From Malacoraja senta (taxonomy: Eukaryota): 64,000 bases of DNA. A program made the position numbers and the translations under genes. Position 1 is the stretch's first letter. Each line of letters opens with the position of its first letter. Positions 47,354 through 59,060 of the stretch are shown here, piece by piece. The notes under the pieces were generated by a model. The model worked only from the letters and a program-made list of their open reading frames with translations, had not been told where the DNA came from and ran no database searches. The stretch covers positions 14,758,001-14,822,000 of the forward strand of contig CM075988.1 in the NCBI GenBank assembly GCA_038087875.1. The letters are read 5' to 3'.

Positions 47354-48477
47354 TGAAGACCTCCTTCGACTATGTAGAAAACCTCCTTCGACCTCCATCG
47401 ACTATGTTGAAGACTAGCTTCGACTAGCTACGACTAAATTCGGGAAAATTGGACACCGAATAGTGGAGAGTGAAGACGACCTCCTACGATCTCCTTCGAC
47501 CTCCCTTTGACTATGATGAAAACTACCTTCGACTACCTTCGACTACCTTCAACTACCCTTGATAACCTACGACTAACATGCCGACCTACTACGACCTACT
47601 ACGACTAAACCTACGAGTAAAAAAAGTATCGATTTTTTCCCCATGGCGACCTTTTTTTACTCGCGGGCATTTTTCGACCTAGCTGAGGCCTCGAGTACAC
47701 GGGGACTACTCTTGAGCATGAAGGAGAGTTACAAAGACCTCCTACGACCTCGTGTCGACCATGCTGCGAGTATGAGTCGAGGGCAAACTTGCCAGAACTC
47801 ACGGATTAGGTCGCCCAAGTGGGACGACAGCCCCTTAAGAAGGGTGCCAATCCAAAGCATCATCTGTCTATTAACCTGTTTGACATGCTGAGTTCCTGCA
47901 GCAGTCTGTTTTTTTATCCAAAATTCCAGCATCTGCCGTCTCTTGTCTCTCCATAAAATGATCTGTTTAATTGCATTCTCTTCACTAAATGTAACTGTAT
48001 TCCTAGAGTCATGGAGTCAAAATGTTGTACAGCAAGAAACAGGAGCCTCAGCCATCCTGTCCATGCTGCCCACCTCCACTGATCCCATTTCATATCACTT
48101 GATCCATAGTCTTCTATGCCTTGGCAATTCAAGTGCTCATCTGGATACTACATAAACGTGGATGCTTCCAGATACCTCTTAAATGGCTACATCTAAATAC
48201 CTCTGAACTTCTTCCTTCTGGCTTTCTCTATCACCTTCCCTGGGGCTTCAATTTCTATCACTTATTTCTGACTGAAACACTACACCAGAATCGCAGTGGG
48301 AATCGAACTGCTAGTTCTCAGTCAAACCTCCACTCGATTTCCATTTAGCTGCTTCTGTGAACCTGTAATGACCGGTAACTTATTACCCACAGATCTCTCT
48401 GTGCTGTGCTATTATCACACTCAAGGACAAAAAGAAAATGCTCGAAATCTGAAATGAAATCCATTTGAGGAAGACAA

Positions 48478-48712
48478 GTTCGATCCTGAACTTGAGCTGA
48501 ACTGTGACCAGTGGGATTTCTATGGTTGCTCCGATTTCCTTTCACAGCCCAAAGACGTACGGATTTGTAAATTGGTCTTTCTAAATTGCCCCCAATGTAA
48601 CAAGAAGTGGATGACAAATTGGGATAACATAAGCGAGTGAGAACGGGTGATCAACGGTTGGCATGGATGCGGTAGGCCAAGGATCCTGTTTCCATGCTTA
48701 TTCTAAACTAAG
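48478..48712 (+). mobile_element. HE1-like SINE fragment (diverged)
   Basis: gttcgatcctga...ttcacagcccaaagacgtac...cctgtttccatgct. Confidence 0.6.
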
Positions 48713-50148
48713 CATGATTTGTGATGTCTGGCCTGGCATAATAACATTACACTTCTTCACATCAAATAGTTTCTGATGTTTTCAAATAGGAGTTTAAATT
48801 TAATCTCGTAATTGCCAATACAAGCATCTATCTTTTATATCAATGGGAAATTTAACAATAGTATTATCGATAAATTTTAAAGAATGTTAAAAAAAAATAG
48901 TGAACTCTTTTGATAACTGAACTTTTCTATTTATGTAATTCTGATCTATTTTGCTATTTTTTCCACAAAATCATGTTTTCAGTCTTCCATGACACACTAT
49001 TATAATCTTTATTCAGCCTGAAATGTTAGCTTTCTCATTTCAGATGCTATCTGACCTGCTGAGTATTTATAGTATTTTCTGTTTTTATTTATCATTACAT
49101 ATCATCTTCACAGGAATTTCACTTGCTGACCAGCTATTTCATCAAAGAAATCAGCCCATTGCATAAAAGCAGATATTTCACCTCATGTATCTGAGCAAAC
49201 GACTGATGTTAACTTGAGGAAAACCTTCAAGATCTACGATGCATAACATCTGGCCTGAAGCACTGTTCCATCCGGCCTACTCCATTCCCACTGCTCCAAA
49301 GCTTTTGGATGAGTGAGCATCCAAAAGACCCAGCATGGTTACTTTTTGATGACCTTCATGATGGCCTCAATTTTGCATAACAACCAGGTTCCCCAAGCCA
49401 GACCCTAATCAATGAAGTTCTGTAAAACTGTAAAACTATTTTACCTGTCCCCAGTTAGAACTTACTGTTGATAACATTCAAAATATTCCAAAATAATTAA
49501 AAGAATATAAAACTAAAGGTATGAATAATTAGAATACTAGATTTTAAGAAAACTCAGCAAATTGAAAAAAAATTGTTATTTTAATTAATTCAGAAGATGC
49601 AAATCATTTGAAACTTGCTCTTTTCCCCCAGAGCTTTTATCATCCTTTGAAACAAATAAACCAGCCTCAGGCATGAGTTCTAAGATTTACCAGTTTAATT
49701 ACGAAGAGTCACAGATTCATGAGAGACAACACAAAAGCGTGCCCTTCAGCCCATCGTTTCCACACCAACCATTAACTAATTATGTAATGAACCCATTGTT
49801 TCTTCTCTCTTTATTTGCTTAAATTCTCTCAATATTCTACCACTCATCTACACACTTGGTGCATTTCACAATGGCCAATTAATCTACCAACCCACGTGAC
49901 TATGGGGTGTGGAAGGAAACGAGAGCACCCGAAAAATACCCATGTAGTTATAGGGAGAGCATGGAAACTACATGGTCACGATCAAACTAGGGTCCTCTGG
50001 TGTTGTAAGGCTGTGAGGTCTCAACTAGCTGTGTCACCGTGATCAGAACAGTTTCAGAGTGTCAACCTGGTTCTCTCCATGAAAACATTTGTTTAGTTTC
50101 TCCTTTTGGAAAAAAAAGGCACCAAGCTCACCAACTATATGTTCAAAG

Positions 50149-50455
50149 GTAGACACAAAAAGCGGGACAGGCAGCATCTCTGGAGAGAAAGAATAGGTGA
50201 CGTTATGAGTCAAGACCCTTCTTCAGACTGATGTCAGGGGAGTGGGCGGTACAGAGATAGAATGTAGTCGGGGCAGTAAGACTGGTCGGAGAACTGGGAA
50301 AGGAGGGTATGGAGAGAGAGGGAAAGCAAGGGCTACTTGTAGTTAGAGAAGTCAGTGTTCATACCGCTGGGGTGTAAACTACCCAAGCGAAATATGCGGT
50401 GCTATTCGTCCAATTTTCGCTGGGCCTCAATCTGACAATGGAGGAGGCCAATGTT
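50149..50455 (-). mobile_element. Penelope-like element 3' end with 12-bp TSD
   Basis: Minus strand encodes a degenerate GIY-YIG end (IFRLGSLHPSGMNTDFSN). atatgttcaaag at 50137-50148 and 50462-50473. Confidence 0.8.
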
Positions 50456-51754
50456 CAAACAATATGTTCAAAGTAACCAATGCTCCACCATCATTCAATT
50501 GGGATCCAGGGCTGCTTTTGCTATCCTTCTATTTAAATTTCTAAAAACTGCCAATTAGAACCAGAGGCAAGAGTATATTTTCAAGAGTATGCACCAAGTT
50601 GTATCATGATGGTTAAGTTGTTTTCTCTTTACTTGCGGCTTATGACCTAAAAAATGACATGGCAAGAAGGTGATTGCTTTGTGTTGCAAGCTTAATCTTG
50701 TACAAAAATCAATAGCCATCACCTGAGGAAAACACACATTTGGAACATGGAAAGATGAATCCTGTTCAGGTGAAATCATTGTTGTAAAGCTGGTGCAGTG
50801 AGTATTCTAGGCCCTGTGAAATGGGTCAAAGTGCCAACATAACTCTGAGAATGTAATGTTTCTATCTTAACAGAAGATGCAGCAGGCCTCTGACCATACT
50901 CAGTAATTCCTTCTAATGAAGGATTAAGTACAGGAAACGAAGCTCCATCTGACCAACTTAAACAATATCTTGGCTAAACATGACAAAATAATCATCATAA
51001 AATGGAAGGGAATATTGAAATTAATTTCCAGATGTCTATAGTAAGCAAGGCTGTGGTTTCCTCAATTACACTATTCATTCTTCAAACATTTACTGATGTT
51101 AATCTTTCCCCCTAACAACTTAATTCCAGGCACCTACACCTATATTTGTAGGATCCATGATATTGTGAATATTTAGTGATGCCCAAAATACCATAATTAT
51201 CTTTAAGGCCCTTTTAGGCACAATATCTAGTTGAGCATACAGGAACTGTAATGAGCAGACTGCTATTTATCTAGGCCCAGGAGCAAATGCAATACACAAA
51301 GGGACAAGAAGCCATCATTAGGTAATCAAATCTCCATTAATTCATCCTCATAATTTGAATTACAACTGTGAATATATATAAACATTATTTTATCGCACTG
51401 AATAAATTATTACACCATTGTACATTAAAAACAAAATCGCTAATGTCGAACCCGAGGCTAAATCAGGGATTTTTTTCTGCACACCAACAGACAACTTGCA
51501 TTGTTGTTTAAGACATCTTCATCTGGCTGTCACACCAGTGATGAATGAATGGAGTTACGCACTGTCAAAGACACTGCATTTAAAGGGAGTCTTAATGGCA
51601 ACTGAAACATAATGAAGGCTTCATCAAAAAGCTATGCAATCATCATGGAGAGGGTTTTAATGTACATAAAGGTACATGTAGCTTATAGGCCCCCGACCTA
51701 TGTGCAGCCCATACATACGAACAAGCATTTGGGAGACCTGTAGGTTGGAGTTGG

Positions 51755-51925
51755 CACCACCTTCAGCCCCACTGGCTCCACCTCTTCCTTTTTTCTTCCC
51801 GCCCACCCCCCCCCCCACCCCTCACATCAGTCTGAAGAAGGGTTTCTACCCTAAACGTTGCCTATTTCCTTCCCTCCATAGATGGTGCCAACACCCGCTG
51901 AGTTTCTCCAGCATTTTTGTCTACA
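51755..51925 (+). repeat. Penelope terminal-repeat fragment
   Basis: atcagtctgaagaagggtttctaccctaaacgttgcc...gctgagtttctccagcatttttgtctac. Confidence 0.75.
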
Positions 51926-52199
51926 TACAGTAAAATACTGTCCACTTAACTTCATATCGACATAGGAAAAAGTCAGAGACTATTATAAATGTGTTATAAC
52001 AGTGATTTTTTTTAAAAAAGGCAAAGATTGTCAGGCAAAGTCACAAAGGGTCCTGACCTAAAATTGAAAGGTCCGGACCTACATCTATTCATGTTCTCCA
52101 GAGATGCTGCCTGACCAGCTGAGTTACTCAGGGCAAGTCAATGTTGTTTTGTGAAATAGGGAATCACGTTTGACCAGTTACTGGAGGTTTATTAAATCT

Positions 52200-53300
52200 T
52201 GGAGATTTGCTTGAAGTATTGAAGTTTCATGAAGCTATTTTTTCAAAGGTCACATCATGTTTAATGTGGAAATCTGTGCTGAGGGAGATAACACAGTGGC
52301 ATGAATGGAAGGTTGCTGGCTAAGAAATAAAATGGAGAGCAGGCAAAGAGAGGACATTTTCTTTTTGACAATTTATACAATTAACTTCAATGAAGGTACC
52401 AAAGTTGTATGGTAAATTTTCCAACCAAACAGAGATGGATAGGAAAGTAAGTTGTGGGGAGAAAGAAGAGGTCTACAAATGGAGGAGGATCTGGTAAATG
52501 AATAAATATATGGGAATCGCGAGTTGTATATCTTGGCAGGTAATGTAAATGTTATTAGAATGGTGAGAGTGCAGAACATTAAGATGCATAGGGATACAGA
52601 ATTTCAGTGCTGGTCACATATTGCTAACATGTAGGTACAGAAAATATTTAGGAGAGCCAATGGAGGATTGTTGTTTATCGTGAATGGAACTGTTTTTATT
52701 TTTTAATTAGGGAGGTAGGTTATTCTATGGTAATACAGAGTATTGACTACTGTATTTGGAGTACACTGCACAGAATTGTTCTTATTTAAGGAGGGATGTT
52801 AATGCATTGGAAACAGTTTGATGCAAGTTTATGAGACTAATGCCTGAAGTAAACAAATTGTCTTGCATGGAAAGGTTGAACAGTCTTCCTTGTGCTTGCT
52901 GGAGTTTAAAAGTGTTGGAGAAATGTAATTGAAACATATAAACCCTGAGAGCTCTTGGCAGGATGAATGTGGTGAAGGTGTTTCCTCTTGTGGGGCAATC
53001 TAGAACTAGAGACCATTGTTTAAAATTAAGGGGTCACCATTCAAACGGGGATCAAATTATTATTTTTCCTTCACCGAGGTTTATGTGTTTTTTGGTATTC
53101 TCTTACTCAAAGGACAATGGAAGCAGGGTCTTTGAATAATATTAAGGAAGATGTACATGGATAATTACAAAGCAAGCTGGTAAAAGGTTACCATAGGTAG
53201 CTAGGAATGCAGATTTGAGGATACAATTCGATAGCCCATGATCTTAGTAAATGGAGGATAAGGTTTTGAAGGACTAAGTGCTCTACTGCTGGTCCTAATA
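52200..53300 (+). mobile_element. Highly decayed CR1 ORF2/3'UTR
   Basis: Scattered CR1 motifs (atttggagtacactgcacag, tctagaactagagaccattgtttaaaattaagggg) and a tail. Confidence 0.65.
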
Positions 53301-53356
53301 CCTTGTAGCTGACAAAATCCATATATATATATATATACATTTCGTCAGCTACAAGG
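53301..53356. mobile_element. 56-bp TA-flanked micro-MITE-like palindrome
   Basis: ccttgtagctgacaaaat and atttcgtcagctacaagg form an 18-bp inverted repeat (1 mismatch) around (TA)n, with TA on both sides. Confidence 0.6.
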
Positions 53357-54111
53357 TACTTTGGAACATGATGAAAAACTAAGTGCAACCAAGTATTCCT
53401 GTTTTTATTTATTTAAAAGCAGCCCAAGTATGTTATGTTTCATATGTCTTTGAACAACTAGAATTTAAAGCTATTTAAATTTTAAAATAATTAAACTTTA
53501 GATTACAATAATATGTTAAGATTTCTCTCATGCTGCCAAGAGCCTTGATAAGTTAAAAAAAAAATAAGGTAGAAATGAAGGCCTATATTAAACAGTAGAA
53601 GTCAGCAATTCATTTTAGGTGATTGTAAATTCTGGATGATGTGTGGGAATAGAGGTGGAGAAAACTAGGAATGGAATACATTGCAATAACTTCCGAAATG
53701 AAAACTGTTTTCAATATGGTTTTGTCTTACAGGAACAAAGGCTTGGCACTATTGCTAGTAAAATAAAGAAGAAAATAATCAAAGTTGTTTTAAATTGCTT
53801 TAAAATTGAAGTGTTGCTTCCACAAACCGATATAGAATAGATGAAAAAAGTACAGATTCAATTCCCAGTCTGTGCTGAGTTAACTGTCCTTCGTCAGTCC
53901 GATTGCTTTTGTTTCAATTGGATTCAGCGTCATCTCATCTGGTTGTGGAAAATTGATTGAAGTTCCCACTCAGCATCGGGCAACCCATCCAGACAAGCTC
54001 ATTAGAGGATGTTCATGGATGATGCACATCACAAGGGCATTGCTGGCTACAAGGGCACCATATTCCAAAGAAACAGCTACACCACCCAAGTCTTGTTTGA
54101 TGGGAAGATTG

Positions 54112-54414
54112 GTTTAATTTAGTTTAGAAATATAGCGTGAAAACAGGCCCTTCGGCCCGCCGAGTCCATGCTGACCAGCAATCCCCACACACTAACGCTA
54201 TCCTACACACACTAGGGACAATTTACACATACACCAAGCCAATTGACCTACATACCAGTATGTCTTTGGAGTATGGGAGGAAACTGGAGATCTCGGAAAA
54301 CCCCCACGCAGTCACGGGAAGAACGTACAAACTCCATATAGATAACACCCGTAGTCGGGATCGAACCCGGGTCTCCAGCGCTGCAAGGGCTGCAAGGCAG
54401 CAATTCTACCGCTG
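54112..54414 (-). mobile_element. HE1-like SINE
   Basis: aaacaggcccttcggccc...gtagtcgggatcgaacccgggtc...ggcagcaattctaccgctg. Confidence 0.85.
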
Positions 54415-54552
54415 AGTTGAGAAAGGAAAAAAATGAGCAAGCTAAACGAAAGATGAAATTTTATAACGAAGCACCTTCTCAGAGCAAAACAAGAAAAATC
54501 TAAGTTTAACCAGCATAAAGTAACACTCACCCCATTATGTTCTGGGGTGGTG

Positions 54553-54680
54553 ACACAAAGAACTGAAGATGCTGGATACCTATGTAGAGCACAAAGTGTT
54601 GGAGTAATTCAGAAGGTCAGGTAGCATCTCTGAAGGACATGGATTAGTGACGTTTTGGGTCGAGAACCTTTTACGGACTC
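54553..54680 (-). repeat. Penelope-derived short repeat
   Basis: cacaaagtgttggagtaattcag...gtgacgttttgggtcgagaacc. Confidence 0.65.
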
Positions 54681-54956
54681 TGGGGCGAGCTAATTTCATG
54701 CTGGGAGTGCTGACAATTTCTAATCACAATAATATTAACAGGGCACTAGGAACTTTTGATGGAAAGGTATTCCAAACTGCAGTACTTATTTCACAAGCAT
54801 CATTATGTTCTACACCCATATGTTTTGCTCATATGTTAAATATGAATATATCACATTGCTTTCTCTCTTCGAAAACAAACGTGTTGAACATTCTTCACAT
54901 GTATATACAGTCACCAAGATTCAATCTATTGATTGGGTTCCTAAGTCAATTCTAAC

Positions 54957-55260
54957 GTGGCACAGTGGCGCAGCTAATAGAGCTGCTGCCTCACAGTGCC
55001 AGAAACATGGGTTCAATCCTGACCCCGGGTGCTCTCTTTGTGGATGTTGCATGTTCTTCCTATGACTGCATGGGTTTCCTTCAGGTGCTCTGGTTTCCTC
55101 CCACATCTGAATGACATGCAGGTTTGCAAGTTAATTGGTCTCCACAAATTATCCCTAGTGTTTAAGGAGTGGATGAGAAAGTGGGATAACATAGAACTAG
55201 TATGAACGGGTCGACATGGACTTGGTGGGCTGAAGGGCCTGTTTCCATGCTGCATCTCAA
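54957..55260 (+). mobile_element. HE1-like SINE
   Basis: ggcacagtggcgcagc...gggttcaatcctgacc...ggtttcctcccacat...gggcctgtttccatgctg. Confidence 0.85.
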
Positions 55261-55429
55261 TAAAAAAATTCTACCTCCTCAGCTGGGTACTTGTCTCTGA
55301 CATTGTATCTAGTCCTTAAACAGCAGAACTTGCAACTTCCTGGGTTAACTCATTGCTGTGTGGCTTTTAAACTGTTATTGAAATACTGTAGTTCTATGTA
55401 AATGCTGAATATATCTTTGCAATTTCCTC

Positions 55430-55950
55430 CTATATTTTGTGTAGTTCTGGTCACCCCACTATAGGAACTATGTGAAGGCTTTGGAGAGGGATAAGAAAGT
55501 GTTAGCCTAAATTGGATTGGAATATATTAGCTATGAGAAGAAATTGAACACACTTGGATTGTTTTCTGAGGAGCATTGGAGGCTAAGAGGCATCCTGAAA
55601 GAAGTATATTAAATGAGAGACACAGACAGGGTAGATAGTCAGTCTTTTTCCCAAGGTGGATACGGCAGACATTAGAGGGAATAGATTTAAGGTGAGAGGG
55701 GGAAATTTCAAAGGAGATTTGTGGTGTAATATCTTTACAGAGGGAATGTTAGATGCCTGCAATGCCTTACCACCGGAGGTGGTAGCAGATACATTGGCAT
55801 GTTTAAGAGGCATTTAGATAGACGTATGAACAGGCAGAGCATAGAGCGATGTAGATGACAAACAAGCATATGAAATTAGTTTAGATTACCAAAATGGTCG
55901 GCGCAGACATGATGAGCAAAAGGGCCTGATCCTGTGCTGTATTGTTCTAA
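55430..55950 (+). mobile_element. Old CR1 3' fragment
   Basis: gttctggtcaccccactatagga...agagggaatagatttaaggtgagagggg...aagggcctg. Confidence 0.75.
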
Positions 55951-56919
55951 CGTCACCATCCAATCTTTAACCAACAGAGTCAGTGTGCAGTGAGGTTCAG
56001 CACAGCTACTGGCAATGCCTAATGCTCACCGCTGTGGCACTGAATCTGTCCCCATGCTTTCAAAACCTCCCCTGACTAAATCTTCGGATCAATTGATTTT
56101 ATTCTGATCTCATAGAAACCACACCAGCTCAAGATGCTTACTTATATTTACACACGGTGATGTAATTACTTGCTATACTCTTTTAATTTATCTTCATATT
56201 ATACACAAGTAGAACACACCAAGCCCAGCTAAAACCTGAAAAGTTCTGATTGGGAGAAGATTAATACGCAAATGAAAAGTGCTTGCATATGACAGATTTT
56301 GAAGTACTGGAATGTTCTTTGAAGGTTAATATCTTTTCATCTCATCATTTGGATTATAGACAGAGCATGGAGATTTATTTGTGCTGATGCCCATAACATT
56401 AGACATTAAACTTTTCTTGTGATTCAGTATTCCGTTCAGTTGATGGTTTGCTAAACCAGGAACTGAAAATGTCTCTTCTTGAGATATACAATAATGGCTC
56501 ATGAAAGGTTAATTAGCCTGTGGTGGGCTCTTAAATGCTAGCGCTCGGCAAGAGAACAAAGCAACTGGCAACCTAAATGAGGAGGAAATTGAGACAGTTG
56601 GGAATGTGGTGCACACATCCTGAGTTGAACAGTTCCCTGCAGGCTGTCACTTCCACAAACAATGCTGACTTTAGGGAATCACAGAGAAAGTGAGGCTGCC
56701 TGGCACACCACAACATCCTCTCTGACACCATCATCGGAGGCTGCAGGTTTACGGAATAGCCGTCTGATGGACTAAGACTGGTACATCAACAGATCGGCCC
56801 CATAATCTGGGAAGTGAAGGCAGATCGATTCCAAATCTTATGCTGACATAAAAAGGTATATGTACAACAAACGTGGAACCTGTTAACAGACTGTTTAAGG
56901 GGTGACACAGTGGCATAGC

Positions 56920-57170
56920 GGTAGAGCTGCTGCCTTACAGTGCCGGAAACCCAGACTCGATCCTGACTGCGGGTGCTGTCTGTACAGAGTTTGAACGTTT
57001 TCCCTGTGACCGTGTAGGTTTTCTCTCCGGTTTCCATCCATGCTTCAAAGATGTACAGGTTTATAGGTTAATTAGCTTCAGTAAAAAAAAAAGTAAATAG
57101 CTCCTTGGGGTAGGATAGGACTCGGTGGGCCAAAGATCCGGTTTCTACGCTGTATCGCTAAAGTCTAAAG
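56920..57170 (+). mobile_element. HE1-like SINE
   Basis: cacagtggcatagcggtagagctgctgccttacag...tcgatcctgactgcgggtgctgtctgtac. Confidence 0.8.
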
Positions 57171-58629
57171 TACAAATGTCTAAGAGACTGAGAAAAGAGC
57201 TGTACACAAATATCTCAATACTAGGCCTGGACATTTATAAGAAAAGCACCTCATTTGTATAGGATCTGTACCAATCTACACAAAGAAAACATCAATTTGA
57301 GCTCAATCAACAATGAATGCAATTCGCTGTCATTTGATTAGTTGTTCTCGGCACCTGAGGAGAAGGTACAGGAAAGAACTGATCTTTTTCACAACACCTC
57401 CTTAATTATTCACACACATTGGTAAATTCTCCAATTACCAATAAAACTAGTTGAGGTACAGCCAGATTTAATCCAGTGGACATCTTGGATGCTGCCAACC
57501 ATCGGTGCAGGCTCTCAAATGCAGAGCACACAAGTTAACCAGTTCAACTGTGCTTTAGTGGTGGACTGAAGCAGAAGGCAGAATGAGCCTAAGTTTTATT
57601 AGCATTTGCGGGTAATAGAAGTGAATGAAGTTTAATTTACTTTGCCAGATGAGTACGGATAATGGCTTTAACAAAATAGCACCACTGCTGAGCAGACACA
57701 ATCCACCTTAATATTCTCTTCTTTAAATTGCTGAGTTCAAAGCAAAGAGAGAAATCAGAGAAGCCATTCTCGCAAAGGCATTACAATAATAATTAAGTGG
57801 TACGGGGATCATTTGATCATTCAAACATGAAAGATGGGCTCATGTAACGTGAGTGACATAATTACAAGGAGATTTTCCAGCAAAGTTGCTGCTTGTTCGA
57901 AGATAACATAAAATAGATGCAACATTGGTCCAAAAGAAAACTTTTCAATGTTCCAGAGGAACTGTTCTGTTGAGCCATAACATATTAGCACTCTGTGACC
58001 AGCTGTGATTTGAGAATTAAAATTTGTGCATAACCTAATCTATCACAGCAGATTGTGTGATGTTTATCTCCATTTGCTCAGGTCATGACCACAGATGCCC
58101 ATGAGAAATACCTATGGGTAAAACTGAGAATATTTTCCATCACTTTCTCAATCACAAATAAAAGCAGGAATTGGGGGATACACATTTCTACAGAGGGGTT
58201 TTAATTAGGTGCAATTAGCACAGAATCAGTACTTTTTTACTCGGTATTCTGATTGTAAAGACTAACATGAATGCTAATCTGTGTTGAATGAAAAGCAATT
58301 GGGATGTTAACAATGTACTAAAATGTAATATCGGCTAAACAAATTTTCTTTCTCTGATAGTTAGTGTGGGTGGTTTTGACTGCCAAAAGATAACCATTTT
58401 CAAAATAATATATTTTTGAAGAACATTTCTGTCATTTCATCTACTTTTATTCATTTACTCATTTATCTACTTTTATTTATGAAGGTCTAAACCTCCAGTG
58501 TTCTGTTCAAGATTTAAAACAATAATTACAAACAACGTTTTGTTTTGCTCCCTGGTTTGTTGTCTGTGATTGTCTCCTGCATCAACTTAACGATTCACTA
58601 TCCTTGATACCTCAGATCCCCTCTAGTTA

Positions 58630-58958
58630 AAGCCCTGTCCCACGGTACGAGTTCATTCCAAGAGCTCTCCCGAGTTTTAAAAAATCAAACTCGTGGTGAG
58701 CACGGAGAATGAACGTAGCGGGTACGTCGGAGCTCGGGGAAGTCTCTTAGCGGCTCGTAACGCTAACGGCAGGTACTCGGGAAGACTCGCTAACGGCAGG
58801 TAAGCACGGGAAGACTCATGAAGATTCTTCAACATGTTGAAAAATGTCCACGAGAGCCCCGAGTACCAACGAGTGGCCATTACCGTAAATCTCCGAGTTC
58901 GAATCAGGGCAAACTCGGGAGAGCTCTTGGAATGAACTCGTACCGTGGGACAGGGCTT
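58630..58958. mobile_element. Young PIF/Harbinger MITE (329 bp)
   Basis: Perfect TIRs of about 47 bp (aagccctgtcccacggtacgagttcattccaagagctctcccgagtt...). TTA TSD at 58627-58629 and 58959-58961. Interior is CpG-rich, with a ~27-bp tandem repeat. Confidence 0.93.
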
Positions 58959-59060
58959 TTACCACAGATCAAAACCCAGGTCAGAATAAAGGAAACTAAA
59001 GTTCTCTAAACTTGCCACTCAATACAAAAGCCCACCCATTATAGCTCTTCCAGACTACCT

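Larger units (their letters stand above)
45376..47835. mobile_element. PIF/Harbinger-type MITE (~560 bp of its own sequence) carrying a nested CR1
   Basis: TIR agaggctgtcccacttgggcgatctaat and attaggtcgcccaagtgggac(gac)agcccct. Flanks are TTA and TAA. Interior has many 10-11 bp cttcgacta/ctacgacct repeats. Confidence 0.85.

Noticed and set aside
47355..47610. Regularly repeated cttcgacta/ctacgacct units, superficially array-like
   Set aside because: Degenerate 10-11 bp subterminal repeats of the Harbinger MITE with no unique spacers, in a eukaryotic context; not CRISPR.
45373..47838. TTAA flanks suggesting piggyBac or Kolobok for the MITE
   Set aside because: Termini match the two TTA-flanked elements in this window, one of which carries a Harbinger transposase remnant. 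TWA/Harbinger is more parsimonious, though the TTA/TAA mismatch leaves some doubt.
53860..53985. Faint resemblance to ancient SINEs (also 56720-56775 and 63400-63460)
   Set aside because: Matches are too short and recalled only from memory; cannot be supported without a Dfam search.
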